Assembly: GCA_047602425.1 (NCBI GenBank)
Contig: JASGHG010000001.1
Span: forward strand, 2,240,001-2,304,000
Origin: Nibricoccus sp.
GTDB lineage: Bacteria > Verrucomicrobiota > Verrucomicrobiia > Opitutales > Opitutaceae
Reading direction: 5' to 3'
DNA length: 64,000 nucleotides
The position numbers and the translations under genes were made by a program. This document shows, piece by piece, positions 1 to 9,340 of this stretch (its first letter is position 1; each line of letters begins with the position of its first letter). The notes under the pieces were generated by a model that saw nothing but the letters and a program-made list of their open reading frames with translations, did no database searches and had not been told where the DNA came from.

Positions 1-923
1 TCGATGCCATCGCCGAAAACACCACGAAACTCATCGGCCTTTTCGCGCTCTCCAACATGAATGTTGCGAAAGACAAACTCGATGGCCGCCGCGGCGTTAT
101 TCCGCTGGGCGCCTCGCAATCTGTCGTCGCAGACTATGGTTTCCCGAACCAACCGCTGCTCGACGAAATGACCACCGCTGCGCTGAAGGTCCTCTCTAAA
201 AATCGCCAGGGCTTCGTACTCATGGTTGAAGGCGCTTCCATCGACAAGCAGGCGCACAATATGGACAGCGATCGCTGGCTCATCGAAACCATCGAATTCG
301 ACAAGGCGATCGGCGTCGCGAAGGCCTACGCGGAAAAAAATCCCGACACGTTGGTGATCGTGACCGCCGACCACGAATGCGCGGGCGTCAACATCATCGG
401 CTCCTCCGTCGTCACCAACCAAAACCTGATCTCACGCTCAACCAATCCCGACGCGACCACGGGCACCACCCGTCTTCGCGATCAAGTCGTTGGCACCTAC
501 GAAGCGGCGGGCTTTCCCATGTATTCGCTCGCAGCCGATGGTTATCCGGTTTCAACCGATGTCGATTATAAGATGCTCATTGGTTATGCCGCCAACTCGG
601 ACCGTTATGAAGATTGGCTGACCAATCCCCGTCCGCTGCGCGACAGTCAGCAACCTTTCAACGGTATTGCTCCGCTGAATACATACCCAAATGGTCCGCT
701 CAATCGCGACAACGCGGGCAACTTCCTTGTTACCGGGCAGGTTCCCGGATCTTCCGCCGTTCACACTGGCTCCGATATTCCGCTCACCGCGACCGGCCGC
801 GGCGCCAGCCTTTTCCGGGGCGTGATCGACAATACCGACGTCTTCTTCCTCGCCGCTCAGGCCGCGATTGGCGGTGTCGACGAAAGCGACGACCGCCGGC
901 CACACCACGGCTGGCATCGATGA
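1..923 (+). CDS. Alkaline phosphatase, C-terminal part (5' end outside window)
   Basis: Frame is open from the window start. Motifs GFVLMVEGASIDKQAH, IVTADHE and HTGSDIPL match the PhoA-family metal-binding segments. Confidence 0.9.
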   Translation, partial: DAIAENTTKLIGLFALSNMNVAKDKLDGRRGVIPLGASQSVVADYGFPNQPLLDEMTTAALKVLSKNRQGFVLMVEGASIDKQAHNMDSDRWLIETIEFDKAIGVAKAYAEKNPDTLVIVTADHECAGVNIIGSSVVTNQNLISRSTNPDATTGTTRLRDQVVGTYEAAGFPMYSLAADGYPVSTDVDYKMLIGYAANSDRYEDWLTNPRPLRDSQQPFNGIAPLNTYPNGPLNRDNAGNFLVTGQVPGSSAVHTGSDIPLTATGRGASLFRGVIDNTDVFFLAAQAAIGGVDESDDRRPHHGWHR

Positions 924-960
924 TTTTTGCGGTAAACCGAGGTTAGGTCAGGTTATGGGG

Positions 961-992
961 AAGGCCGGCATCTTGCGATGCCGGCCTTTTTT
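961..992 (+). terminator. Rho-independent terminator
   Basis: AAGGCCGGCATC-TTGC-GATGCCGGCCTT stem followed by a T run, just after the phosphatase stop. Confidence 0.85.
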
Positions 993-1069
993 GTGCCGAA
1001 AAACGTCGCGTGCCCGCCCACTTCCGGTTTTGCATCGTGGGTAAAGCGGTCAAAACCGCACCCACGGCC

Positions 1070-1420
1070 ATGTATCAAGTCACCTTTTCCGAACAAAGCA
1101 TGCGCGAGCTCAACAAGCTCGACAAGCTGGCCCAACTGGAGGTTGTCGAGCCCATCAGCAGCCTGAAGCCGGCCGATCTCGCGAATCCGCGGGAACCGCT
1201 TGGCCGGTTCAGCCGCGCGGGACACACACTCTACCGGTTGCGCGCGGGCGAATTCCGCTTCTATTTTGAGGTCAATGGCGAGACGTTGCACACGGTGTAC
1301 ATTCTCCACAAAAATTCGCTGGAGGATTTTCTCCTGCGCAACAAACTGCCCGTTTCGGAAGCGCAGCTCGTCGAACAACATTCCAAATTCTGGAAATACC
1401 TCGAAACTTTGACCAAGTGA
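1070..1420 (+). CDS. RelE/ParE-superfamily toxin-like protein with no adjacent antitoxin
   Basis: MYQVTFSEQSMRELNKL N-terminus and LYRLRAGEFRFYF motif are typical of the RelE fold. ATG 1070 is preferred. The stop overlaps the pssA start (GTGA). Confidence 0.7.
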   Translation: MYQVTFSEQSMRELNKLDKLAQLEVVEPISSLKPADLANPREPLGRFSRAGHTLYRLRAGEFRFYFEVNGETLHTVYILHKNSLEDFLLRNKLPVSEAQLVEQHSKFWKYLETLTK

Positions 1421-2325
1421 GCGATCCCATGACGCCGGACGATGTTTCCTCGCAGCCAGAAAAGGAGCGCGAGGATCCTTACACAGTCGCCAACGCCTCG
1501 CGCATTTATTTTCTGCCGAATCTCATGACGGCGGGAAATCTCTTCTGTGGGTTTTCCGCGTGCCTCAAATGCATCGAAGCCGCGTTCACTGTGCGCAGCG
1601 TCGAAGCCGTTACGCTGCCGCTTGGTGCCATCGCACTTTATAAAGGCGCCGTGTGGTATATTTTCGGCGCGATGGCATTTGATGCGTTGGATGGACGTCT
1701 TGCGCGCATGGGCGGCCGGGAATCGCTTTTCGGCGCGGAATTCGACTCGCTGGCGGATGTCGTCTCATTCGGTTTGGCGCCGGCGTTGATGGTTTACTTT
1801 TTGATTTTGCCGCCAGCCGAGGGAAACCAAAATTTTCTGACGCTGGGTGGCCTTCTAGGCTTCGTCTATTTGCTCTGCGCAGCCGTTCGCCTTGCCCGCT
1901 TCAATGTCATAACTCATCCCCTGCTCCACCGGCCCGATTCCTGTGGCAAACCACCGAACAAGGATTTCGTCGGGCTTCCCGTGCCCGCAGCCGCCGGCAC
2001 CGTCGCGGCACTGGTGCTCTTTTTGCTCAACCTCGCCGAACACGACAAATCACTGCAACGTTGGACCCTCGCGCTTCCACCACTCTTGGTTTTGATCGCC
2101 GTCCTGATGGTCAGCACGGTCCTTTATCCCAGCGGCAAACAAGTCGATCTGCGCACCAAAACCCGCCTCACCAGCCTCATTATTTTCATCGTCGTCGCCG
2201 CGGCTGTCGTTGCCTTCAAGGAATATGGCATGCTCACCGCCTGCCTCGGTTATGTCTTCTATGGGTTGGTTCGGCACCTGCGCCGTCAGCAAACCTCAAA
2301 AGCCGTGCCGCCGTCCCTTTCTTGA
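1417..2325 (+). CDS. pssA: CDP-diacylglycerol--serine O-phosphatidyltransferase
   Basis: LPNLMTAGNLFCGF, the CDP-alcohol phosphotransferase motif DALDGRLAR...GAEFDSLADVVSFGLAPA, RLARFN and FVGLPVPAAAG. Confidence 0.9.
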   Translation: MSDPMTPDDVSSQPEKEREDPYTVANASRIYFLPNLMTAGNLFCGFSACLKCIEAAFTVRSVEAVTLPLGAIALYKGAVWYIFGAMAFDALDGRLARMGGRESLFGAEFDSLADVVSFGLAPALMVYFLILPPAEGNQNFLTLGGLLGFVYLLCAAVRLARFNVITHPLLHRPDSCGKPPNKDFVGLPVPAAAGTVAALVLFLLNLAEHDKSLQRWTLALPPLLVLIAVLMVSTVLYPSGKQVDLRTKTRLTSLIIFIVVAAAVVAFKEYGMLTACLGYVFYGLVRHLRRQQTSKAVPPSLS

Positions 2326-2567
2326 ATTCTTTGTGAGCAACCCCCCGGCAACCCACCAACAACTTCACCCTTGCGCATAACCCGTCGGTTATTGGTCCCA
2401 CACTTTTGATTTACTCACACGCCATTTCGTCCATTTTTCTTAGGAGAAACCCCCGGTTATCCCAGTTTTTCGCAGCCTATAAGAATACGGATAACATTCA
2501 TTATTGAATTAGGTTCTATTTAGACTTTGTTAATTGCTCAGCATCACCGCGTGTTCCCCAGCATTCC
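2326..2567. other. Candidate replication-origin-like / DnaA-regulated region upstream of dnaN
   Basis: Several degenerate DnaA-box-like 9-mers (2332-2340, 2372-2380, 2411-2419, 2457-2465, 2466-2474, 2486-2494), followed by an AT-rich tract at about 2495-2536. Confidence 0.45.
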
Positions 2568-3692
2568 ATGAAATTCAAAATTAATCGCGATCACTTCAGC
2601 AACGGACTCGCCCAAGTCCTCAATGTCGTTGGCTCCAAGGCCACCATGCCGATCTTGAGCAACGTGCTGATCGAGGCTGACAAAGATTTCATCCTGCTCA
2701 CCACGACAAATCTCGACCTCGGCATCCGCTGCAAAATCAAAGCCGAGGTCAAAGAAAGCGGCGCCGTCACGCTGCCCGTCAAACGTCTGGCCAGCATCGT
2801 GCGCGAAATGCCCAACGTCGATGTCTCTGTCGACGCCTCGCCCAGCCACCAGGTGAAACTCACCTCGGGCGGTTCGAATTTCCGCATCATGGGCATCGGC
2901 AAGGAAGAATTTCCTCCCCTCCCCGAGTTCGGCGACGAGAAATCCTTCACCCTCGAACAAGCTGAACTCACTTCAATGCTCAAGAGCGTGTCGTACGGTC
3001 AATCCACCGATGAAACGCGTTACATTCTCAACGGCGTCTACTTTAGTTTCAAAGACGGCAAGCTCTCGCTGGTGGCCACCGATGGCCGTCGTCTCGCGCT
3101 TATCAGCAAGGACATCGAAGTGCCCGCCGCCAGCGCCGGCAGCATCATTTTGCCCGCCAAGACGGTCAGCGAACTCGTTCGAATGCTCGACAAGGGCGAG
3201 AAACTGAAAATCTCGTTCAACGAGCGCCGCGCCGCGTTCCAAATCAATACTGACAAAGATAGCAGCGGCCTCGTCGATAGTATCTACCTCTACTCCAAGG
3301 TCGTAGAAGGCAACTATCCGAATTATAACCAAGTTATTCCCAAAGAGACGCACCAGCGCATCAAGCTGGAGCGCGAACTTTTCCTTCAGTGCGTGCATCG
3401 CGCAGCGCTGGTTTGCAGCGAAAAATCCAACTCCGTGAAGGTGAAGCTCAGCAGCAATCTGCTCGAGATCACCGCGCAAAGTCCCGATTTCGGCGAAGCC
3501 CACGAATCCATGGCCATCGCCTACAGCGGCCCGGAACTTCAGGTCGCTTTCAACCCGCAGTTCATCATGGACCCACTTCGTTCGCTTACGAAGGACGAGG
3601 TCTTCTTCGAAGTGAAAGACGAGGTAAGCCCCGGCGTGTTCAAGACGTTGGAAAGCTTCATCTGCGTCATCATGCCGGTTCGTCTCAGTTAA
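2568..3692 (+). CDS. dnaN: DNA polymerase III beta sliding clamp
   Basis: [39 protein letters not shown] and C-terminal VIMPVRL; 374 aa. Confidence 0.98.
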   Translation: MKFKINRDHFSNGLAQVLNVVGSKATMPILSNVLIEADKDFILLTTTNLDLGIRCKIKAEVKESGAVTLPVKRLASIVREMPNVDVSVDASPSHQVKLTSGGSNFRIMGIGKEEFPPLPEFGDEKSFTLEQAELTSMLKSVSYGQSTDETRYILNGVYFSFKDGKLSLVATDGRRLALISKDIEVPAASAGSIILPAKTVSELVRMLDKGEKLKISFNERRAAFQINTDKDSSGLVDSIYLYSKVVEGNYPNYNQVIPKETHQRIKLERELFLQCVHRAALVCSEKSNSVKVKLSSNLLEITAQSPDFGEAHESMAIAYSGPELQVAFNPQFIMDPLRSLTKDEVFFEVKDEVSPGVFKTLESFICVIMPVRLS

Positions 3693-3714
3693 AAACCAAA
3701 TACGGAAGAAAGTC

Positions 3715-3771
3715 AGGACGCCTGGGCGCCGGACACGCCGTTGCAACGGATGACCGGCGCCCAGGCGTCCT
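3715..3771. repeat. Long GC-rich hairpin downstream of dnaN
   Basis: 18-bp perfect stem AGGACGCCTGGGCGCCGG / CCGGCGCCCAGGCGTCCT with an inner CCGTT-GC-AACGG stem. Confidence 0.75.
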
Positions 3772-3823
3772 TGCCTTGAAAGACAGCCATTCTGGGCACA
3801 TCCTTCCGTTGCTTCCATAGCCG

Positions 3824-4702
3824 ATGTCTCCGACCTATCTTCTTTTTGGCGCAATGATTCTCTCGTTGATGCTGATGCAGCTCAACCAGCGCTACGCCTC
3901 ACCCGTCATCGCGATCGTGAATCGCTGGCTGCGTTGGATTATTTTCGTCCTGCTCTTCACGAAAGTGACTTTGGACTTGGGTTGGCTCGACCGTCCCTTC
4001 TGGGTTTTGGCCACCGGCTACTTTCTCCTCTGGTTTCTCGGCGAAACGATTTATATGTGGCTGGCCATTCACGCGCTGAGTGTCAGTCCCTTGCCGCTGT
4101 TCCCGCGCTTCACCATCAACAGCTCGGGCGAAGAATGGCCGACCAACCCGCGCTTCCTCACGATCCGTGATTGGCTGCGCAGCCACGGCTTCAAACATGT
4201 GCAGGCGTTGCGCGCCGAAGTCGCGTCCGGAGTTTATCTGCGCGTGTCAATTTACCAGGACACCAACGCTCAAACGCGCCTGCAAATCACCTTTCTGCCC
4301 CACCCCAACGGCGCGATTTCTGTTTGCTACAGTCTCTCGACTCAGACCGACGGCGGCTATCGCTACGTCACCGATAATCTTTACCTGCCTTTCGGCGGAT
4401 TTTACCCCGAAAACTGGCTCGTTTCCCGCCATCCCTGGCGGCGTTCACTCTCGGCGTTAATTGCGAGTCATCGCAACCGCCTTAGCACCGCCAATGTGAT
4501 CGCGCTACCTTGGACGACCGAGCCCCTCAACGATCTCAATGCCCAGCAAGTCGAACTCGAACAGATCAACACCGAGCTCGGCTTCCTCCATCCGCATCAC
4601 GACCGCGAAGAACAAGGCAAGATGACCTACGAGGGCCGTTACCGCGTGTGGAAGGAAATCTGGCTCCTCAACTACCTCGGCCGCAGCGCCCGGTACGAAT
4701 AA
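3824..4702 (+). CDS. Hypothetical membrane protein (about 3 N-terminal TM helices plus a soluble domain)
   Basis: 292-aa ORF with host-like codon usage and a hydrophobic N-terminal third. Confidence 0.75.
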   Translation: MSPTYLLFGAMILSLMLMQLNQRYASPVIAIVNRWLRWIIFVLLFTKVTLDLGWLDRPFWVLATGYFLLWFLGETIYMWLAIHALSVSPLPLFPRFTINSSGEEWPTNPRFLTIRDWLRSHGFKHVQALRAEVASGVYLRVSIYQDTNAQTRLQITFLPHPNGAISVCYSLSTQTDGGYRYVTDNLYLPFGGFYPENWLVSRHPWRRSLSALIASHRNRLSTANVIALPWTTEPLNDLNAQQVELEQINTELGFLHPHHDREEQGKMTYEGRYRVWKEIWLLNYLGRSARYE

Positions 4703-4772
4703 AAATTAGCCGACATTCGGCAACTCTTGGCAACTTTCCTAACCGCGTCTCAGACCCAACTAAGTCAGACCA

Positions 4773-4797
4773 GTTTGTCATTTAATAGATGACAAAC
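4773..4797. repeat. Palindromic repeat, GTCATC-TAWTA-GATGAC variant (one mismatch)
   Basis: GTTTGTCATTTAATAGATGACAAAC between convergent genes. Confidence 0.85.
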
Positions 4798-4831
4798 CGG
4801 TTTAAGTCCGAGTCTTGAAATGCCCGGGCGC

Positions 4832-6118
4832 TTATGTCTTTTTCCGCAATGTCGCCACGCACTCCAAGTGTCGTGTCTGCGGGAAAAGATCGAAGGGTTG
4901 CACGGCCGTCAGTTCATAACCAGCCGCCGTAAATAATTTCAAATCGCGCATCTGCGTCGCCGGATCACAACTCACATAGACCACAGCTCGAGGGCCAAAG
5001 GCGAAAAGCTGATTCAAAAACGATTCGTCACAGCCCTTGCGCGGTGGATCGATGATCACAACCGTTTCGGTCGCGGGAAATGTCAGCCCAGCAAAAATCG
5101 CCGAAGCATCGCCGGCCTGAAACGTTGCGTTCAATATTCCATTGGCCACCGCATTTTCCCGCGCGAATGCCACTGACGATTCGCTGATCTCGATGCCGGC
5201 CACACGTTCGAAAGATTTTGCCGCGGTCAACGCGAACAGCCCGCTGCCACAATAGGCGTCTACAAGGAACCGCGCGCCCGAAGCCGCTGCCTGTTCCCGC
5301 ACATAACCAGTAAATGCCGGTAAAATGAATGGGTTGTTCTGGAAAAAATCCCGCGCCAAAAAATGCAATTTCACCTCGGCAACGTTTTCCGTGATCACCT
5401 CGTCGTAATCCGTCGTTACCTTCCCCCCCGCGTCGCGTAGTAGAATGGTTGCGCCGCGCGTGTATTCGCCGGCCGCAGCTTTCGCCTGAATTTCCGCGCG
5501 CACTGTCGTCAGGCGTTGATTGATTGGTTCGGTCGCAATTTCGCAACGCGGCACATCAAGTAGATCGAATCGTGTGCCCTGCCGGAGAAATCCGATGGGA
5601 AAACATGTGCGCACGCCCTGGGTACTTGTCCCTTGAGATATGTTCCCTTCGCCGCTTCTCGGTGCGGCGAAATGCGGCGTGATCTTCGATCGATAACCAT
5701 ATTGTGCCGGCGAACCGATTGTCGGCGAAACGGGAAATTCGATTTCCGCCATGTGTTTTAGAAGCTCGCTCACTTGACGCTGTTTCCACGTGAGCTGCTC
5801 CGCATAGTCGAAATTCTGGTACTGGCATCCGCCGCAGCGCGCAAAAAGCGGACACTTTGGCTGAACGCGATACGGCGACGGAACGACCACGGCGAGCAGA
5901 TCGGCCTCGGAAAAATTCTTGTGATTGCGAAACACCCGCGCTTTCACGCGTTCGCCAGGCAAGGCGAAAGGCACCATGACCACCCACCGAGAATCCGGCG
6001 CATCCGGCAACGGCACACGACCGAGCCCCACGCCGAGGTTGGTCAACGTGACGATGTCCAGTTCGAGTTCCTGATGATACGCGAATGGGCGGTCGTTGAA
6101 CTTTTTCTTTTTAGCCAC
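4832..6118 (-). CDS. RNA m5U methyltransferase (RlmD/TrmA family) with TRAM domain
   Basis: CPLFARCGGCQYQ Fe-S motif, FFQNN, DAYCGSGLF, DPPRKG, YVSCDPAT and DLFPQTRHLE. GTG start at 6118 is preferred. Confidence 0.92.
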   Translation of the reverse strand: MAKKKKFNDRPFAYHQELELDIVTLTNLGVGLGRVPLPDAPDSRWVVMVPFALPGERVKARVFRNHKNFSEADLLAVVVPSPYRVQPKCPLFARCGGCQYQNFDYAEQLTWKQRQVSELLKHMAEIEFPVSPTIGSPAQYGYRSKITPHFAAPRSGEGNISQGTSTQGVRTCFPIGFLRQGTRFDLLDVPRCEIATEPINQRLTTVRAEIQAKAAAGEYTRGATILLRDAGGKVTTDYDEVITENVAEVKLHFLARDFFQNNPFILPAFTGYVREQAAASGARFLVDAYCGSGLFALTAAKSFERVAGIEISESSVAFARENAVANGILNATFQAGDASAIFAGLTFPATETVVIIDPPRKGCDESFLNQLFAFGPRAVVYVSCDPATQMRDLKLFTAAGYELTAVQPFDLFPQTRHLECVATLRKKT

Positions 6119-6253
6119 GTCCTGACAACGCACACCCCGCCGCCCGAATCAAAAAAAAACCGTCCTCGCGCGCCCCGTCATGCCCAGCCCCCTTTCAAAA
6201 TTCTCTTCCGGATTCCTCCAACTCCTCAAAAAAATTTAACGGTCCCCACCCAA

Positions 6254-6359
6254 GTCAGAGTAACCTATTAGGTTACTCTTACTACCGGTCAGCTGCTTAA
6301 AGCTAACGCAAAATGGATGGTAGTAGCCGATCATAAGTAACCTAATAGGTTACTTTGAC
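6254..6359. repeat. Inverted doublet of GTAACC-TAWTA-GGTTAC palindromes (REPIN-like)
   Basis: AGAGTAACCTATTAGGTTACTCT (6257-6279) and AAGTAACCTAATAGGTTACTT (6335-6355), with outer GTCA/TGAC and inner TACTACC/GGTAGTA complementarity. Confidence 0.85.
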
Positions 6360-6439
6360 TTTCTGGCGTGGCTGTTGGGGTTTCGAAAAATATGAGCTTT
6401 TTGTGGCCAACTTGCTGCGGATTTACGAAAGATGTTTCT

Positions 6440-7240
6440 GTGCCCATCGAAAAAATCACCAGCCTCCAAAACCCGCGCGTCAAACAACTCGTGAAATTGC
6501 GCGATCGGCGTCCGCGTGACGAAGCAGGCGTTTTTCTCGTCGAGGGCTACCGCCAGATCCGCCGCGCGTTGGAAAAAAACATCACCCTCGCCGAACTCTA
6601 TTACTCTCCCGATTGGTACCTCGGCGAAAACGAACCCGCGCTGATCGAAAAAGCCTCGGCTGCCGGGGCCCAACTTTTCGAACTTTCCAAAGACGCTTTC
6701 GCGAAGGTCGCCTACCGCGAACGGCCCGACGGTTTGCTTGCCATTGCGCCGCAGTGGAAACGCACGCTGGCCGACATTACGCTGAAGCCGCTACCCTTCC
6801 TGCTAGTCGTCGAAGCGATCGAAAAACCCGGCAACCTCGGCACGATCCTCCGCAGCGCCGACGCCGCCGGCGTCGACGCGGTGATTGTCTGCGATCCGGT
6901 CACGGATGTTTTCAATCCCAACGTCGTGCGTTCATCGACCGGCGTGCTTTTTTCCGTGCCGGTGGTGATCGCCGAAAGCGGTCCGGTGCGTGAATGGCTG
7001 CGCGCGAAAAACATTCGTGCCGTCGCCACGACCCCTTCCGCAACCAAACTCTACACGGAAACCGACCTGCGCGGGCCGCTTGCGATTGTGATGGGCAGCG
7101 AACAGTACGGCCTGAGCGATTTCTGGCTGAAGGAAAGCGACGCCCAAGTTCGCATCCCCATGGCCGGCCAGGCTGACTCACTGAACGTCGCTATGGCCAC
7201 AATCATTACCCTCTTTGAAGCAGTTCGGCAAAGAGGGTAA
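6440..7240 (+). CDS. TrmH/SpoU-family RNA 2'-O-methyltransferase
   Basis: ITSLQNPRVK, EKPGNLGTILRSADAAG, MGSEQYGL and IPMAGQADSLNVA. GTG 6440 is preferred. Confidence 0.93.
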   Translation: MPIEKITSLQNPRVKQLVKLRDRRPRDEAGVFLVEGYRQIRRALEKNITLAELYYSPDWYLGENEPALIEKASAAGAQLFELSKDAFAKVAYRERPDGLLAIAPQWKRTLADITLKPLPFLLVVEAIEKPGNLGTILRSADAAGVDAVIVCDPVTDVFNPNVVRSSTGVLFSVPVVIAESGPVREWLRAKNIRAVATTPSATKLYTETDLRGPLAIVMGSEQYGLSDFWLKESDAQVRIPMAGQADSLNVAMATIITLFEAVRQRG

Positions 7241-7266
7241 ATATCTCGTCAGACGATACGAAAAGG

Positions 7267-7932
7267 TTAGAACCTAAATTTATAACCAAGATTTATGGCC
7301 TTAATCGTGCCTTGGGTAGTATCTTTGCCGCTGCTCATCCCCATAAGCTTGGCACCTGCCGTGATTGCAGAGCGGTCGTTTAACTTATATTCCGTTCCGA
7401 TTTCCGTCGCATAGGTAAACACATTCGAGTTGTTTGTCTGGGTCCACGAACGGGGGAACGTCTCGTAACCCGGAACGCTTTGGCCTATGTATGTGTTTGT
7501 CGTTTTAGTCCTTTGCCAAGTGACACCTGCTGATACGCCGAAATATAGTGACCAGTTTTCACTGAGTTTGCTTCTATTTTTATAACCAATTAATAGAGGT
7601 ACAGCTTCAAGCTTTGTTTTTGGATCCGCATAAAGATAAGAAGGTATAGTATAAGGCGACGATTTTGTCTCCGTGTCGAAATACATCACCTGCAATTCGA
7701 GCGCGTGTGTATTATTGAGATTAATGCCGGAGGAAAGGCTGATCGCTGGTGCATTTTTAAATGTATGTTCGCCATATGGATATCCGACACCTGCCTTGAG
7801 TTTAGGACCGGTGTCAAAGAAAAGATATTCGATTTTTGAATCTAGATAAAAGCGCGAGTTTTCAGACCCGGCGGCATGGAGAAACGGAGCGGCGATGAGC
7901 AGCCCGCAAAGGACGGCGATTTTTGTACGCAT
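7267..7932 (-). CDS. Outer-membrane beta-barrel protein (8-stranded OmpA/OmpW-like), low GC
   Basis: Signal peptide MRTKIAVLCGLLIAAPFLHA, alternating beta-strand pattern and C-terminal LGYKFRF. Visibly AT-richer than its neighbours. Confidence 0.75.
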   Translation of the reverse strand: MRTKIAVLCGLLIAAPFLHAAGSENSRFYLDSKIEYLFFDTGPKLKAGVGYPYGEHTFKNAPAISLSSGINLNNTHALELQVMYFDTETKSSPYTIPSYLYADPKTKLEAVPLLIGYKNRSKLSENWSLYFGVSAGVTWQRTKTTNTYIGQSVPGYETFPRSWTQTNNSNVFTYATEIGTEYKLNDRSAITAGAKLMGMSSGKDTTQGTIKAINLGYKFRF

Positions 7933-8183
7933 AGTGGATTTTGGTGGTGAACGATTTCCTAAACCGGCCAAAACCCCGGGAAATTTTGGCGATAGCTCCA
8001 TGACAAAGTACGGTTTCTTTTTGTTCCACCGATTTGTTTCCACCAATAAAAATGGTTGGAACTTTTTGCGCACGCCACGGTTGTTTGCGAAACAGAATCC
8101 AACAAGCCCGCGCTATTTATAACCTGCAAAATGCTGCCAGATAATTTCTGAGGACAAGTTGCTTTCGTCATCTGCAGCGTCCG

Positions 8184-8211
8184 AAAAAAACGCCCGGGGT
8201 GACCCCGGGCG
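8184..8211 (-). terminator. Rho-independent terminator of the VPDSG-CTERM gene
   Basis: CGCCCGGGGT-G-ACCCCGGGCG stem with A7 on its left (U run on the minus strand). Confidence 0.8.
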
Positions 8212-8240
8212 CGGATCCAACGAAAATATTTTGGAGTGTC

Positions 8241-8816
8241 TTACGCTGTCTTTTGGCGGCGTACGAGTAGTCCCACGGCGATTAAACCGAGTCCAAGCAG
8301 ACCGACGGTGGCGCCGCTGTCCGGAACGTTGTTGCCGTAGGCGGTGATGCTGGAGACGTCGCCACTGGCGAGAGCGGGAGCCCCGTCGCCCGTAGCGCCG
8401 TCGTGGGAGTTGAAGAACGTCCACGAGCCTGTGCCATTCACATAGTAGAGATAGTCGGCGGTGCCGCGATCGTCAGGAACGTCACTGCCACCCCAGCTCA
8501 GCACGATGTACTGATAGCCGGTAAGGTTGAGCGTAATGCTATACACATTTGACCCGAAGGCGCTGCCCAACGGGTTGATGGCGTCTCCTTGGTTCACTTT
8601 CACGGTCGTCGAACCGACGTCGGTCGGCACTGGTGCGCCGGGATAGCCCATGGTGTTGAACGTGGCGATCGAGGTGATAGCCCATTGTTTTACGGTGTCA
8701 TCACCGTTGTTGGCGGGCTGCGTGGTGACGGGACTGTAGGCGATCTGAATCGGATCTGCGAAGACCGCTACGGCGAACGCGCCAAAGGCGAATAGCGCAA
8801 GAATTGATTTTTTCAT
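8241..8816 (-). CDS. VPDSG-CTERM (exosortase-target) surface protein
   Basis: Signal peptide MKKSILALFAFGAFAVAVFA and C-terminal VPDSGATVGLLGLGLIAVGLLVRRQK. Confidence 0.9.
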   Translation of the reverse strand: MKKSILALFAFGAFAVAVFADPIQIAYSPVTTQPANNGDDTVKQWAITSIATFNTMGYPGAPVPTDVGSTTVKVNQGDAINPLGSAFGSNVYSITLNLTGYQYIVLSWGGSDVPDDRGTADYLYYVNGTGSWTFFNSHDGATGDGAPALASGDVSSITAYGNNVPDSGATVGLLGLGLIAVGLLVRRQKTA

Positions 8817-8867
8817 GGTAATGTTAGTTGAGCTAAGCTGGGACAGAACTGGACAATGACTGGCAAT

Positions 8868-8884
8868 AGCAGGCGAAGCGCCAA
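8868..8884 (-). promoter_or_regulatory. Putative sigma54 (-24/-12) promoter
   Basis: Minus strand reads TTGGCGCTTCGCCTGCT, i.e. GG-N10-GC, about 50 nt upstream of the VPDSG gene start. Confidence 0.6.
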
Positions 8885-8981
8885 GTAGGCATCCACACGA
8901 TTTGTACTCCTCATGCTCCAGTCATTCAGAGAAATATATATGTTGGCTGCGACGGCGCCCTAACCGTCTTACTGCGAAAAA

Positions 8982-8999
8982 CCGTAAATCTTTCCGACA
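8982..8999 (-). promoter_or_regulatory. Putative enhancer (PEP-CTERM-box-like, YGT-N11-ACR)
   Basis: Minus strand TGTCGGAAAGATTTACGG, nearly identical to 43702-43719. Confidence 0.6.
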
Positions 9000-9340
9000 T
9001 GAGTCAGCAAAAACTTACGGGAGGCCACTGCACGAAAAGTCGCGCGTTGGGCTCCAGAACAACGCGTGAGAATTTGTGCGCGCGTCATCTTGAGGGCTGA
9101 AAAAAGATAGCTCAACGTATCGCAGTTTTTCTTTTCTCTCCTGCTCTGCGTTCGTAAACAGGTCGGGTTATTCGTGCCGCTTTTTTAAGCCGAGGCTTCG
9201 TGCACAAGCGCATTTTCTCCGATAGCAGGCTTGCTTCCCTGCGTCTGCGCGCTTCACGTTGCTTCATCGCCTGCTTCACGATCCCGCACCTGGAGGGTTC
9301 GGCCTCCTTCCCCACTTTTTAAACAATACATCACATCATC

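Noticed and set aside
5781..5796. Additional parS in the m5U methyltransferase gene (TTTCCACGTGAGC)
   Set aside because: Only one half-site matches.
6254..6359. Palindrome pairs as mini CRISPR arrays
   Set aside because: Only two units in inverted orientation, spacers of variable length, and no cas genes.
9000..9340. LexA (SOS) box upstream of recA
   Set aside because: No good match to the Verrucomicrobia TGTTC-N4-GAACA motif; the closest (TGCGTTCGTAAACA) has several mismatches.
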